A DNA stretch of 64,000 nt. Source: Candidatus Saccharimonadota bacterium (GTDB taxonomy: Bacteria; Patescibacteriota; Saccharimonadia; UBA4664). The position numbers and the translations under genes are program-made. The notes under the pieces were generated by a model, which worked only from the letters and a program-made list of their open reading frames with translations, had not been told where the DNA came from and did not search any database. This document shows, piece by piece, positions 29,616-39,696 of the stretch. The DNA is taken from the NCBI GenBank assembly GCA_019352195.1, contig JACAFG010000003.1:956-64955 (forward strand), given 5' to 3'. Position 1 is the stretch's first letter. Every line of letters begins with the position of its first letter.

Positions 29616-29978
29616 TTAATCGTGCTTCACATAGCATGACGGGCAGTTGAGGATGGTATACGTGTTGGTTGAACCGGTAACGACTTTGGCTGTTACTTTG
29701 TCGCCAACTTTGATAGGGCTGTAAACATTCGCCGGCGGCGTGCCCGACTTGGTTGCGGCACCGATATCGATAGTTTGGCCGTCAATAGCAAACGCGATGG
29801 GTCCGTCCGTCGCGGTTTGAGACGTAACGTAGCTGGTGACGGTGCCTTTAATTACCATCAGACTCCCCTGTTGGCTGCTCGATGTGCGTGAGCCATGTAA
29901 GATTGCAAAACCGGCTGCAACCAGCACAATAGTGGCGGCAACTAGCTCGATTACAATTAAGCGCTTGTGCTTTGTCAT
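29616..29978 (-). CDS. membrane-anchored hypothetical protein (120 aa; N-terminal TM helix, Thr/Ser-rich beta-type ectodomain, C-terminal CPSC)
   Basis: Hydrophobic N-terminal helix. Inserted where adk and map normally lie. Confidence 0.45.
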   Translation of the reverse strand: MTKHKRLIVIELVAATIVLVAAGFAILHGSRTSSSQQGSLMVIKGTVTSYVTSQTATDGPIAFAIDGQTIDIGAATKSGTPPANVYSPIKVGDKVTAKVVTGSTNTYTILNCPSCYVKHD

Positions 29979-30005
29979 AGCCTTACTGTATCACAGCGAA
30001 TGCCG

Positions 30006-30839
30006 CTATGAATCATTAAAGGAAATCTGGACCCGCAATTTTATGAACTCCCCGAGGATGAGGTTGAGTCCGTCGATATTTTTAGACCACTGACCCCGTC
30101 GATATTGGGGTACGGTGGCCGAATTTACTCGATAAATGGTAGTACCCTCTGGAGTATGCTTTTTCCAAACACACCACCCGCGGCGCTGAGTATAAGGTAA
30201 GTTAACGATAATGATCGATTGATAGACTTGCTGGAGTGTATCTAACAAATTAAGCGTGCGTCTGACGTTATCGGGAATGGTGATGGAGGCCGCTTCAACA
30301 ATGATGGCGTGAGCTGGAATACCCGCATGGACGGCAATATCGGCGTATTTGCCAGCTTCAGTGATTGATTCGTTACTGCCATAATAAGGACCTTTGCCGC
30401 TGACAATCAGTTTGGGCGCCAAACCTTGGTGATAGAGTTCAATGGCCGTGAGGATTCGGGCAGGTGTGGGCGCACCAAAAACAAAGATAGCGTCGGCTGC
30501 CTCCGGCTTATCCGTTTCGGCCAGGTAGTCATAAGCCGCGTCAAACAAATTCTGGCAGGGCTGATTGGTATTGTTATCAAGGATGAGCTTAGACAACGCG
30601 TGCACCTGCTTAGCGCCCTCATCAAGCACCGTAGAGGCGGATAGTTCTCGCTCGTCAAAAAGACTCGTATCGAGCCCAAAGTGGTCGTAAATAGCGCGAA
30701 TTGTCTCAAAGTCTGGAAAATGGACCAGCTGGCGCTCGCGCGGCAGCGAGCGCTTTTCTTCGGCGTTGGTTATCGACATGATTTCGCTACCCGTCGGTAG
30801 CTCGAGATGATTTGTTCGCTTAGAGTTAGGCTGCATCAA
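30006..30839 (-). CDS. DUF218 (YdcF/ElyC/SanA-family) protein
   Basis: AIFVFGAPTPARILTAIELYHQGLAPKLIVSGKGPYYGSNESITEAGKYADIAVHAGIPAHAIIVEAASITIPDNV fits the DUF218 core pattern. Confidence 0.55.
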   Translation of the reverse strand: MMQPNSKRTNHLELPTGSEIMSITNAEEKRSLPRERQLVHFPDFETIRAIYDHFGLDTSLFDERELSASTVLDEGAKQVHALSKLILDNNTNQPCQNLFDAAYDYLAETDKPEAADAIFVFGAPTPARILTAIELYHQGLAPKLIVSGKGPYYGSNESITEAGKYADIAVHAGIPAHAIIVEAASITIPDNVRRTLNLLDTLQQVYQSIIIVNLPYTQRRGWCVWKKHTPEGTTIYRVNSATVPQYRRGQWSKNIDGLNLILGEFIKLRVQISFNDS

Positions 30840-30842
30840 GGT

Positions 30843-31109
30843 TTAGCTTTGATGGCGGCTTTTAAGCCAACGATGCTTGATGAAGCTTAGCGTAACGGTA
30901 GAGAGGATAAAACCAATGACCGGTACCAACGCGTTAATCCAGGGATTGATGTGGACGACGAAACGCAAGTAGAACGCCACAACGACATAGGTCAGGGCGG
31001 CAATACTCAACCGACGCAGCCAACTGGTCTCCCAGGCTTTGTCGCCTTCAACGCGGGTGTTGCGCTGCTCGAGGCGTTTAATTCGTTGTTCTAGATTTAG
31101 TGATTTCAT
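30843..31109 (-). CDS. small 2-TM membrane protein with N-terminal coiled-coil (88 aa)
   Basis: LEQRIKRLEQR..., then two hydrophobic helices. Confidence 0.4.
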   Translation of the reverse strand: MKSLNLEQRIKRLEQRNTRVEGDKAWETSWLRRLSIAALTYVVVAFYLRFVVHINPWINALVPVIGFILSTVTLSFIKHRWLKSRHQS

Positions 31110-31145
31110 ACTGATGTTAGAAATGTAAGTGAGTTGGCCCGGGGC

Positions 31146-32459
31146 TTAGTACTGCTCGTAGCTCGTGGTAATCACTTGGGCCTCAACTTGCTTGAGCGTC
31201 TCGAGCGCTACCGACACCACAATGAGCAAGCTCGTACCACCAAAGGTAAGAACCTGGCTCTTGGTGAAAGCCTCGATAATAAACGGCAAAATGGCAATAA
31301 TACCCAGGCCAATGGCGCCGGCCAGTGTAATACGGTTAATGACGCGCTTGAGGTACTGCGCCGTCTGAATGCCAGGACGAATACCGGGTATAAAGCCGCC
31401 CTGTTTTTGCAGGTTTTCGGCAATGTCTTTGGAGTTGAAGACAACGGACGTGTAAAAGAAGGTAAAACCAACGACCAGGACAAAGTATGAAATTGAGTAG
31501 ATCAGACTGCCACTGGCAAACCACGTTGTCAGATTATGCGCTAGGTTAGCCACCCATGGGGTTTTAGCGTTGGTAAGAACTTGTCCTAGCAAACCGGGAA
31601 CGCTCAAAAAAGCGAGGGCAAAGATAATGGGGATAACACCAGCGGTAATGACGCGCAGCGGCAAGTGCGTGTCGACCCCAGCGTAGACGCGGTCGCCGCG
31701 CGTTCGCTTGGCATACGACACGGGAATATTGCGCGTGCCTTCGTTTAGTAGGACGACGAAGGCGATGACTGCCAAAATACCGACGATGTAGAAAATGAGC
31801 GTAAATAATTTACTCGTGTCACCGCTGGCGAGCGAGAAGAATTGGCCGGCCGAGGTGGGCAGGCGGGCAATAATACCACAGAAGATGAGCAACGATATAC
31901 CGTTACCGACCCCTTTCTCGGTAATTATTTCACCCAGCCACATCAGTAACATTGAGCCACCGGTAATGGTCGCTATCATGAGCACCCACTGCAACAGGTT
32001 GGGGTGACCAATGAGGTCGGTGCCGGTGATTTGCTTGGAGGTCTGTTGGACCAGGAAGACCATGCCGAACGACTGAATAATTGCGAGGGGCAGCGTAAGC
32101 AGGCGCGTGTACTGATTGAGCTTGCGACGGCCCATTTCGCCTTCCTTACTGAGCGCTTCAAACCTTGGTACTACCTGGGTGAGCAACTGAATAATGATGG
32201 AAGCGTTAATGTAGGGCCCAACACCCATCATGATGATGGAGAAGTTCGTGAGCGCTCCACCCGAAAAGAGATCGGCAAACCCGAGAATCTTATTAGAGGT
32301 AAAGACAGTTTTGAGGAAGTTAGCGAGGGCGGCGTTATCTGGTACCGGCACAGGTACGTGCGCCATAAAACGGAAAATAATCAATAAGCCCAAGACTACG
32401 AGAATACGGCGACGCAGGTCGGGCGAGCGGAATGCTGCCTTAAGCGTCGCCGTATTCAT
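31146..32459 (-). CDS. secY: preprotein translocase subunit SecY
   Basis: 437 aa with 10 TM helices. The N-terminus [31 protein letters not shown] is typical of SecY. Confidence 0.9.
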   Translation of the reverse strand: MNTATLKAAFRSPDLRRRILVVLGLLIIFRFMAHVPVPVPDNAALANFLKTVFTSNKILGFADLFSGGALTNFSIIMMGVGPYINASIIIQLLTQVVPRFEALSKEGEMGRRKLNQYTRLLTLPLAIIQSFGMVFLVQQTSKQITGTDLIGHPNLLQWVLMIATITGGSMLLMWLGEIITEKGVGNGISLLIFCGIIARLPTSAGQFFSLASGDTSKLFTLIFYIVGILAVIAFVVLLNEGTRNIPVSYAKRTRGDRVYAGVDTHLPLRVITAGVIPIIFALAFLSVPGLLGQVLTNAKTPWVANLAHNLTTWFASGSLIYSISYFVLVVGFTFFYTSVVFNSKDIAENLQKQGGFIPGIRPGIQTAQYLKRVINRITLAGAIGLGIIAILPFIIEAFTKSQVLTFGGTSLLIVVSVALETLKQVEAQVITTSYEQY

Positions 32460-32962
32460 TACTTCGTGGTCGCCTCGGTGGTAGCCACGGGTCGAGTAGC
32501 CTTCTTGGAGTGAACGCGTGGAAGCGGGGTAACTTCAACCGTACCACCGGCGGCTTCGATAGCGGCCTTAGCGCTGGCACTGACGGCCTGCAGCTGGATG
32601 GTAAGCTTAGTTTTTACTTCGCCCTGCGCGAGGAGTTTGACCGGAACATTAACCTTTTTGACGAGACCCAAAGCGATCAGGCTAGCGGGCGTAACAACGT
32701 CCCCGTCCTTAAAACGATTGAGTTGGTCAAGGTTAACGACGGCAAAGATGGTCGGCGATAGCGCGTTGAAACCGCGCTTCTTTGGCAAGAGTTTGGCGAG
32801 TGGGTTCTGGCCACCGGCGAATCCGGGACGAACACCGCCACCGGTACGTGAGTTTTGACCCTTGGTACCGCGCCCTGAGGTCTTACCCGTACCCGAGCCG
32901 ATACCACGTCCGACACGCTTACGATCGGTGGCCGAAGTTGTAGTTAATTCGTGAATCTTCAT
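32459..32962 (-). CDS. rplO: 50S ribosomal protein L15
   Basis: [36 protein letters not shown]... Confidence 0.9.
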   Translation of the reverse strand: MKIHELTTTSATDRKRVGRGIGSGTGKTSGRGTKGQNSRTGGGVRPGFAGGQNPLAKLLPKKRGFNALSPTIFAVVNLDQLNRFKDGDVVTPASLIALGLVKKVNVPVKLLAQGEVKTKLTIQLQAVSASAKAAIEAAGGTVEVTPLPRVHSKKATRPVATTEATTK

Positions 32963-32970
32963 GATGGTTC

Positions 32971-33471
32971 CTACGCTTCCACAGTTTCTGGCTCAATTTT
33001 GGCATGAGCTCCAACTTTGGGCTTGTCGGCCTTTAGCTGAGACAATGCCATGATAGTGGCGTAAGCGTTATTTACCTTATTACTGGATCCGAGCGATTTG
33101 GTCAAGAGATCGTGAATACCAGCGACCTCGACGACGTTGCGGACCGCGCCGCCGGCTATAACTCCGGTACCAGCTGAAGCCGGCTTAAGGAGGACCTGGG
33201 CGCCCGCAAAACGGACCTGGATGTCGTGTGGAATGGTAGCGTTCTTGAGCGGAACGGTAATCATCTGGGCCTTGGCACGAGTTACGGCCTTGGCGATTGA
33301 GGTCATAACCTCGGAGCCCTTGCCGACACCGACACCAACGCGGCCTTTACCGTCACCAACCACTACTGTGGCGCGGAAACGGAAGCGACGACCGCCTTTT
33401 ACGACGCGCGCGACGCGGTCGATGGCAATAACCTTCTCTTCAAATTCTCGTGGCTGTTCTACAATTGCCAT
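32971..33471 (-). CDS. rpsE: 30S ribosomal protein S5
   Basis: [51 protein letters not shown]... The track ORF (to 33606) is over-extended. There is no L30 gene between rpsE and rplO. Confidence 0.9.
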   Translation of the reverse strand: MAIVEQPREFEEKVIAIDRVARVVKGGRRFRFRATVVVGDGKGRVGVGVGKGSEVMTSIAKAVTRAKAQMITVPLKNATIPHDIQVRFAGAQVLLKPASAGTGVIAGGAVRNVVEVAGIHDLLTKSLGSSNKVNNAYATIMALSQLKADKPKVGAHAKIEPETVEA

Positions 33472-33472
33472 C

Positions 33473-33823
33473 TTAAAACTCCAATCCTGCGGTACGGGCG
33501 GCTTCTGCGAGGGCATGCAGACGACCGTGGTAGATACGGCCGCCGCGATCGAAGACGACGTGCTTAATTTTTGCCGATTTGGCTTTGCCGGCGATCTCAG
33601 TTCCAACCCAGGCGGCTTTGTCGGTCAGGCTGCCGGTCTGCTTAGAACCAACCGTGGATACGGCAGCTAACGTACGGCCGGTGGTGTCATCAATGATTTG
33701 GGCCGAAATGTGGCTCAAGGTGATTTTAACTGACAATCGTGGACGCTCAGCAGTACCAGTGATCTTAGCACGAACACGGGCACGACGGCGAGCTAGACGT
33801 TCTAATGGTGTTGTTTGACTCAT
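33473..33823 (-). CDS. rplR: 50S ribosomal protein L18
   Basis: ...RPRLSVKITLSHISAQIIDDTTGRTLAAVST... Confidence 0.9.
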   Translation of the reverse strand: MSQTTPLERLARRRARVRAKITGTAERPRLSVKITLSHISAQIIDDTTGRTLAAVSTVGSKQTGSLTDKAAWVGTEIAGKAKSAKIKHVVFDRGGRIYHGRLHALAEAARTAGLEF

Positions 33824-33827
33824 AATC

Positions 33828-34367
33828 CTAACCCTTCGTCGCAGTCTTACCGGCCTTGCGGCGGATTCGCTCTTCGACGTATTTAATACCTTTACCCTTG
33901 TACGGTTCTGGCTTCTTGAGAGCCCGCAGGTTGGCAGCTACTTGACCAACCAGCTGCTTGTCGTAGCCGCTCAGAGTAATAAGGTTCTTTTCAATTTTGG
34001 CGTCAACTCCGGCTGGAAGCACAAAGATGACTGGGTGCGAGAATCCGAGCGCCAAAGTGATGGTATTACCCGCCACGGCGGCACGGAAACCAACGCCGTT
34101 AATTTCGAGCTGGCGCTCAAATCCTTTGGAGACGCCAATGACCATATTATCGATCATAGTTCGCATCAGCCCGTAGGAGCGTTGTGTTTCGGCGTTTTCA
34201 ACGGTCTTCGTAAGCGTTAAGACACTATCAGCTTGCTCGAGTTTGAGATCGGGCATAAGCGTTAGCTCTAAGTTGCCTTTAGAACCAGCAACTTTAATGG
34301 TGCGATCAAGCTGCTCGACGGTGACGCCGGCAGGAATGGTGATGGGTTTTCGTCCAATACGACTCAT
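33828..34367 (-). CDS. rplF: 50S ribosomal protein L6
   Basis: MSRIGRKPITIPAGVTVE... Confidence 0.9.
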   Translation of the reverse strand: MSRIGRKPITIPAGVTVEQLDRTIKVAGSKGNLELTLMPDLKLEQADSVLTLTKTVENAETQRSYGLMRTMIDNMVIGVSKGFERQLEINGVGFRAAVAGNTITLALGFSHPVIFVLPAGVDAKIEKNLITLSGYDKQLVGQVAANLRALKKPEPYKGKGIKYVEERIRRKAGKTATKG

Positions 34368-34375
34368 AGTATCTC

Positions 34376-34765
34376 CTACCAGACCTTGCAGATTAATTCG
34401 CCGCCGAGACCTTTTTTGCGAGCTTCGCGGCCGGTCATAAGGCCGCCGGAAGTCGACAGGATCACGAGACCACGACCGTTTAGTACGGTTGGGATCTCCG
34501 ACGCGCCAACATAGACGCGGCGGCCGGGCTTAGATACACGGATGAGCGAAGTGATGGTTTCGCGGTCATCGTGGAGAGTGATCTCGAGCGACTTAAAGCC
34601 ACCCGCTTCGGCCGTTTTAACGTCGGCAACGTAGCCAGACGTCTTGAGGATGGCGGCAATAGCCTCTTTCATCTTCGAGTACGGCATAGAAATTTGATTG
34701 TGACGTGCCATGGTCGCATTACGAATACGAGTTAGCAGGTCGGCGATGGGATCGTTGAAATACAT
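34376..34765 (-). CDS. rpsH: 30S ribosomal protein S8
   Basis: MYFNDPIADLLTRIRNA... Confidence 0.9.
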   Translation of the reverse strand: MYFNDPIADLLTRIRNATMARHNQISMPYSKMKEAIAAILKTSGYVADVKTAEAGGFKSLEITLHDDRETITSLIRVSKPGRRVYVGASEIPTVLNGRGLVILSTSGGLMTGREARKKGLGGELICKVW

Positions 34766-34774
34766 ATTGCCTCC

Positions 34775-34960
34775 TTACCAACTAGCCTTAGTAATACCCG
34801 GGATCTGGCCACGTGAGGCGTACTCACGGAAACAGATACGGCACAGTGCGAACTTGCGGATGTAACCACGAGGACGACCACAGATTTTGCAGCGGTTGAC
34901 CTGGCGGGTTGAGAACTTAGGCTTCCGCGCAGCCTTAACGATTAAAGCAGTTCGTGCCAT
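34775..34960 (-). CDS. rpsN: 30S ribosomal protein S14, type Z (zinc-binding, 61 aa)
   Basis: [23 protein letters not shown] has two CxxC pairs. Confidence 0.9.
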   Translation of the reverse strand: MARTALIVKAARKPKFSTRQVNRCKICGRPRGYIRKFALCRICFREYASRGQIPGITKASW

Positions 34961-35505
34961 TATGCGTTCCTCTTCAGGGGGAAGCCCATCAGCTGGAGCA
35001 ACCGCTTGCTCTCGGCTGGCGTCTTCGCCGTCGTTACAATGTTAATTTGAAATCCGTATGGTGTTGAAACATCTTCAAACTTAATCTGCGGAAAGATTGA
35101 GTGATCCGTCATACCCAACGAGTAGTTACCGTGCGGATCGAACGCGGTGTCCGAGATACCACGGAAGTCGCGAATACGGGGCAGAGCCACCGATACGAGC
35201 AAATCGAGGAACTCTTCGGCCCGAGCGCCGCGTAGTGTCACGGTAGCGCCGATCTTGTTGCCGTCACGCAGCTTAAAGCTGGCGATGCTCTTACGGGCAA
35301 CGGTCGTAACTGGGTGTTGGCCAGTAATGGTCTCGAGGGTCTCGGCCACGGCATCCAGATGCTTAGAATCTGAGACTGCGCGACCCACGCCAGCACTCAC
35401 CACCACCTTCGTAATGCGAGGGATTTGGTGAGGATTGGCGTACCCGAACTCCTCTTTGAGGACCGGAACGGCCTCTTTTACATACTTGTCTTTAAAACGT
35501 GTCAT
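34960..35505 (-). CDS. rplE: 50S ribosomal protein L5
   Basis: [41 protein letters not shown]... Confidence 0.9.
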   Translation of the reverse strand: MTRFKDKYVKEAVPVLKEEFGYANPHQIPRITKVVVSAGVGRAVSDSKHLDAVAETLETITGQHPVTTVARKSIASFKLRDGNKIGATVTLRGARAEEFLDLLVSVALPRIRDFRGISDTAFDPHGNYSLGMTDHSIFPQIKFEDVSTPYGFQINIVTTAKTPAESKRLLQLMGFPLKRNA

Positions 35506-35900
35506 TTCTTCCCTACCTTGGTTTCGCTTGGCGCGACCTTAGGAGATTCTTTATCAGTTGATTTGGCGGACTTGTCGGCTTTAGCCGGCTTACGGTCGTG
35601 GTTAGCGCTGACTTTGAAAACACGCTCTTTGGTGCCATCGGGCTTAATTTGGAAACCAACACGAGCTGGCTTGCCGGTGGCAGGATCCAAAACCATGACC
35701 TTGGAAACGTCAATCGGCTTGGTTATATCCAGGATACCGCCACGAGGTAGCTTATCGGTTGGCTTAGTGTGCCGCTTGACCACGTTAATACCTTCAACCA
35801 AGACTTTGTTCTCGCCCGGGATAACGGCCGTAACCTTACCGGTTTTGCCCTTGTCTTTACCGAGCAAGACAATTACTTTGTCGTCTTTGCGGAGTTTCAT
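35502..35900 (-). CDS. rplX: 50S ribosomal protein L24 (with Lys/Ala-rich C-terminal extension)
   Basis: [23 protein letters not shown]... KOW motif. 132 aa. Confidence 0.9.
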   Translation of the reverse strand: MKLRKDDKVIVLLGKDKGKTGKVTAVIPGENKVLVEGINVVKRHTKPTDKLPRGGILDITKPIDVSKVMVLDPATGKPARVGFQIKPDGTKERVFKVSANHDRKPAKADKSAKSTDKESPKVAPSETKVGKK

Positions 35901-36268
35901 TACAGCACCTCCGGTGCGAGCGAGATAATTTTCATGTAGCCACCATCGCGGAGTTCACGAGCAATGGGTCCAAAAATACGCGTACCGCGTGGCTGACCGT
36001 CTTTGTTTACCAACACGGCGGCGTTTTCATCGAAACGAATGCTCGAACCGTCGGCGCGCTTGGTCTCTTTTGAAGTTCGAACGATGACAGCGCGAACAAC
36101 GTCTTTCTTCTTCACACCGGCACCCGGAGTCGCACTTTTCACTGTGGCAGTGATAACATCACCAACACGAGCGTAGCGGTGACGTGAGCCACCAAGGACT
36201 TTGATGCACAAAATGTCTTTCGCGCCCGAATTGTCGGCTACTTTGAGCCGGGATTCTGCCTGGATCAT
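35900..36268 (-). CDS. rplN: 50S ribosomal protein L14
   Basis: [28 protein letters not shown]... Confidence 0.9.
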   Translation of the reverse strand: MIQAESRLKVADNSGAKDILCIKVLGGSRHRYARVGDVITATVKSATPGAGVKKKDVVRAVIVRTSKETKRADGSSIRFDENAAVLVNKDGQPRGTRIFGPIARELRDGGYMKIISLAPEVL

Positions 36269-36269
36269 G

Positions 36270-36521
36270 TTATGCCTCCATATCCTTTGCGCTTACTTTG
36301 CGAGCCACTTCCCAGCGCTTGTCTTTCGACAGGGGCCGAGTTTCGGTAATCTCAACGAGATCACCAATGTGACAGGCGTTTTCGGCGTCGTGGGCCTTAA
36401 ACTTGGTCGTTACTTTGTATTTCTTGCGGTAAATCGGGTGTTCCTTAAGGCTCGACACGGCTACTACCACCGTCTTGTCCATCTTGTCGGAAGTTACCGT
36501 TCCGCGGAGTGTACGTGTCAT
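36270..36521 (-). CDS. rpsQ: 30S ribosomal protein S17
   Basis: ...[34 protein letters not shown]... Confidence 0.9.
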   Translation of the reverse strand: MTRTLRGTVTSDKMDKTVVVAVSSLKEHPIYRKKYKVTTKFKAHDAENACHIGDLVEITETRPLSKDKRWEVARKVSAKDMEA

Positions 36522-36727
36522 TGGGTAGCCTCCTCTTTGGCAATTTGCCGTTCGCGGCTGATCGTGAGCGCGCGGGCGACAGTCTTCTTTAAACGGCCCA
36601 GCTGCTTAACGTCCTTCACCTCTTTGGTACGGCTGTCGATAACTGCCTTGGCCAAATCGTCGCGACTCGTCTTAACAAGCTCCATGAGCTCAGCATCGGT
36701 CTTCTTGGTAATATCTTGCAGTTTCAT
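36518..36727 (-). CDS. rpmC: 50S ribosomal protein L29
   Basis: [25 protein letters not shown]... Confidence 0.85.
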   Translation of the reverse strand: MKLQDITKKTDAELMELVKTSRDDLAKAVIDSRTKEVKDVKQLGRLKKTVARALTISRERQIAKEEATQ

Positions 36728-37152
36728 TATTCGGCCTCCCCAGGGATTTCGCGAACGATGAAACGAGTTTGCACCGGCAGCTTGTGGGCTGCCAAACGCA
36801 TGGCTTCGCGGGCAACTTCTTCGGTCACACCGTCCATCTCGAACATAACGCGGCCTGGCTTAACTTTGGCAGCATAGTGATCGACGGCGCCCTTGCCTCC
36901 GCCCATGCGGACTTCGGCTGGCTTGTTGGTGATAGGAGTGTCGGGGAAGATACGAATCCAAATCTTGCCGCCACGTTTTACGTAGCGGGTCATAGCGCGG
37001 CGAGCGGCCTCAATTTGACGTGAGGTAATGCGCTCCGCCGTCTCAGCCTTGAGGCCAAACTGGCCGAAAGCGATGGTTGTGCCGCGCTGAGCATTGCCGT
37101 TGTTGCGGCCTTTGAACTGCTTTCGGTACTTGGTTTTCTTTGGAAGTAACAT
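36727..37152 (-). CDS. rplP: 50S ribosomal protein L16
   Basis: [34 protein letters not shown]... Confidence 0.9.
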   Translation of the reverse strand: MLLPKKTKYRKQFKGRNNGNAQRGTTIAFGQFGLKAETAERITSRQIEAARRAMTRYVKRGGKIWIRIFPDTPITNKPAEVRMGGGKGAVDHYAAKVKPGRVMFEMDGVTEEVAREAMRLAAHKLPVQTRFIVREIPGEAE

Positions 37153-37155
37153 GGC

Positions 37156-37806
37156 TTAACCTTTCGCTCCTGTTTGAGCGTCAAACTTGGTGCCCTTGTA
37201 GATCCAAACCTTGACACCGATAACGCCAAAGGTGGTTTTAGCCAATGCCTGGGCGTAATCAATATCGGCACGCAAGGTGTGAAGCGGGATTGATCCCTGG
37301 GCGACTGCCTCGCGGCGGCTCATTTCGGCGCCGTTGAGACGACCGGCAACCGCTACCTTGGCTCCGAGCGAACCACTCTTCATGGCATTTTCAACGCTCA
37401 TCTTCATGGCGCGGCGGAAGCTAATGCGGCGTTCGAGCTGAGAAGCAATATTTTCAGCAACCAACATCGCGTTGGTTTCGGGGCGCTTCACTTCTTCGAT
37501 TGAGACCTTAACGGGGCTCGTCGCAATCTTGTTTAACGCGGTCTTGAGTTCTTCGGCCCCTGATCCACCACGGCCGATGACAACACCGGGCTTTGAGGTG
37601 TGGATGGTTACCGTGAGCTGACCGGGTGAACGCTCGATGTCGACACGAGCGATGCCGGCACGCTTGGTGTATTTGGAAGCAACAGCTTTGCGCAGTTTGA
37701 GGTCTTCGATGAGGAAGGCGGCGTAGCTATGACCAGCAAACCAGCGGGACTGCCAGTCGCGGTCGAGCTGCAAGCGCATACTGCGGGGATTGATTTTCTG
37801 ACCCAT
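37156..37806 (-). CDS. rpsC: 30S ribosomal protein S3
   Basis: MGQKINPRSMRLQLDRDWQSRWFA..., with KH domain. Confidence 0.9.
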   Translation of the reverse strand: MGQKINPRSMRLQLDRDWQSRWFAGHSYAAFLIEDLKLRKAVASKYTKRAGIARVDIERSPGQLTVTIHTSKPGVVIGRGGSGAEELKTALNKIATSPVKVSIEEVKRPETNAMLVAENIASQLERRISFRRAMKMSVENAMKSGSLGAKVAVAGRLNGAEMSRREAVAQGSIPLHTLRADIDYAQALAKTTFGVIGVKVWIYKGTKFDAQTGAKG

Positions 37807-38270
37807 TACTTTGACTCCTTAGTCGCGCGCTTCGGCTGCGCTTTGGTTTCTTTGGCAGTGACCACTTCGGCTTCAACCGGAGTTACACCAGCAGCCAGGG
37901 CAGCTTCAGCCTTGGGTGTCGCAACGGTTGCGACCAGGCCGCCATCGGAAACAATTACGGTTACATGGCTAGAACGCTTGAGGATGGCTGAAGCGCTGCC
38001 TTTGGCACGAGCGCGAGAACGCTTGAGCGGCTTAGCTGGGCCAATGAGCACGCTGTCGATGATAAGATCTTTGGCTTTCAGGTTGTTGTTGTTCTCGGCG
38101 TTGGCAATGGCAGAGGCCAGAACTTTACCCAAAACACCAGCAGCACGCTGATCGGCGTTGGCCAAGATGACTTGGGCCTCTAAAGCACGGCGACCGCGAA
38201 TGAGTCCAGCAACGAGGCCGGTCTTGCGAGCCGAGGTACCAATGAATTTAGCGGTAGCTTGGGTTTTCAT
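37806..38270 (-). CDS. rplV: 50S ribosomal protein L22 (C-terminally extended)
   Basis: ...ARKTGLVAGLIRGRRALEAQVIL... 154 aa. Confidence 0.9.
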   Translation of the reverse strand: MKTQATAKFIGTSARKTGLVAGLIRGRRALEAQVILANADQRAAGVLGKVLASAIANAENNNNLKAKDLIIDSVLIGPAKPLKRSRARAKGSASAILKRSSHVTVIVSDGGLVATVATPKAEAALAAGVTPVEAEVVTAKETKAQPKRATKESK

Positions 38271-38272
38271 AA

Positions 38273-38545
38273 TTATTTACCCTTCGCTAACTTACCGCCG
38301 TGGTTGCGGAACTTACGAGTGGGCGAAAACTCACCAAGTTTGTGGCCAACCATGTTTTCTGACACAAATACGGGTACGTGCATACGGCCGTTGTGGACAG
38401 CGATAGTGTGGCCAACCATTTCTGGAGCTACGGTTGAATCACGCGACCATGTCTTGAGAACGGTCTTATCATTCTGAGTGAGAGCCTGGACGCGCGCCAG
38501 TAGGCGCTCGTCGATAAAGGGTCCTTTTTTGAGTGAACGACTCAT
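38273..38545 (-). CDS. rpsS: 30S ribosomal protein S19
   Basis: [19 protein letters not shown]... [18 protein letters not shown]. Confidence 0.9.
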   Translation of the reverse strand: MSRSLKKGPFIDERLLARVQALTQNDKTVLKTWSRDSTVAPEMVGHTIAVHNGRMHVPVFVSENMVGHKLGEFSPTRKFRNHGGKLAKGK

Positions 38546-39397
38546 CTAGCGCCTCCTTCCGGCGTTGCGGCCACGTACAATCATGGCATCGGTTAGTTTA
38601 CGGCGGCGCGTCTTCAAACCAAGAGCCGGCTTACCCCATGGGGTCTTCTGGCCATACTTGAAGATTGACGTTGCCTGGGCACCTTCACCACCACCGTGCG
38701 GGTGGTCGACCGGGTTCATAGCCGAACCGCGAACGGCAGGGCGCCAGCCGAGACGGCGCTTACGACCGGCCGTACCGTACTTAATGTTCTGGTGGGCTTC
38801 GTTACCAACGGTACCAATGGTAGCTTGGCAGTTTTCGTTAACGAGCCGGACTTCACCGCTGGGCAGACGAACTTGGACGAAACCTGCCATTGATGATTCT
38901 TTTGAAACGAGTGAGGCCTTGGTGCCAGCTGAACGCACCATTTGGCCGCCTTTGCCGAGCACGAGCTCAATATTGTAGATAAGTGTACCAGCGGGGATGT
39001 TCTTGAGCGGCAAACGGTTGCCGGTCTTTACCGCCGCATCTTCGCCCGAAGCTAGCTGATCGCCAACTTTCATACCGGAGCCGGCTAAAACGTAGGCATA
39101 CTTCGTGCCATCGATCTTAACCAAGGCAATCCGACCGGAGCGGTTGGGATCGTATTCAATCGTCTGCACAACGGCTGAGGCGACGTTCTTGAAATCGAAG
39201 TCGATAATACGGTAGGCGCGCTTAACACCACCACCGCGGTGACGGGTAGTAATGCGGCCATGATGGTTACGGCCCACCTTGGCGGTTTGCTTAACGAGCA
39301 GGCTCTTCTTTGGCTTTACCTTAGAAAGATTATCGGTATCGCCAGTGGTCATACCGCGACGGCCTGGGGTGGTTGGCTTGTAATACTTAATAGCCAT
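38546..39397 (-). CDS. rplB: 50S ribosomal protein L2
   Basis: MAIKYYKPTTPGRRGMT... GGGEGAQATS... Confidence 0.9.
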   Translation of the reverse strand: MAIKYYKPTTPGRRGMTTGDTDNLSKVKPKKSLLVKQTAKVGRNHHGRITTRHRGGGVKRAYRIIDFDFKNVASAVVQTIEYDPNRSGRIALVKIDGTKYAYVLAGSGMKVGDQLASGEDAAVKTGNRLPLKNIPAGTLIYNIELVLGKGGQMVRSAGTKASLVSKESSMAGFVQVRLPSGEVRLVNENCQATIGTVGNEAHQNIKYGTAGRKRRLGWRPAVRGSAMNPVDHPHGGGEGAQATSIFKYGQKTPWGKPALGLKTRRRKLTDAMIVRGRNAGRRR

Positions 39398-39696
39398 TAC
39401 TTTGCTCCCTCAAATAATGCGATCGACTGACCGGCTTTAACTTTGACCATGGCCTTCTTAACATTGCTCTGGCGGCCAAGCATTTGCTTGAAACGCTTCA
39501 CTTTGCCTTTGGCAATAACCATATTAACGTCGGTGACGTTCACCTTAAAGGCGGCTTCAACGGCCTTGGTGACTTCAATCTTGTTGGTGCTTAACGGCAC
39601 TTCGAAGACATAAATTCCGCGTTCAGCCAGGTACATGCTCTTCTCGGAAATCTTGGGGGTGAGAATTAACTGACTCATTTGGTAGCTCCTAACCAT
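39397..39696 (-). CDS. rplW: 50S ribosomal protein L23
   Basis: ...ILTPKISEKSMYLAERGIYVFEV... Confidence 0.85.
   Translation of the reverse strand: MVRSYQMSQLILTPKISEKSMYLAERGIYVFEVPLSTNKIEVTKAVEAAFKVNVTDVNMVIAKGKVKRFKQMLGRQSNVKKAMVKVKAGQSIALFEGAK

Noticed and set aside
38565-38978. Antisense ORFs inside ribosomal protein genes (e.g. 38565..38978, 36201..36761, 33137..33670, 35425..35928)
   Set aside because: They overlap unmistakable r-protein genes on the opposite strand and have a biased composition. Spurious.
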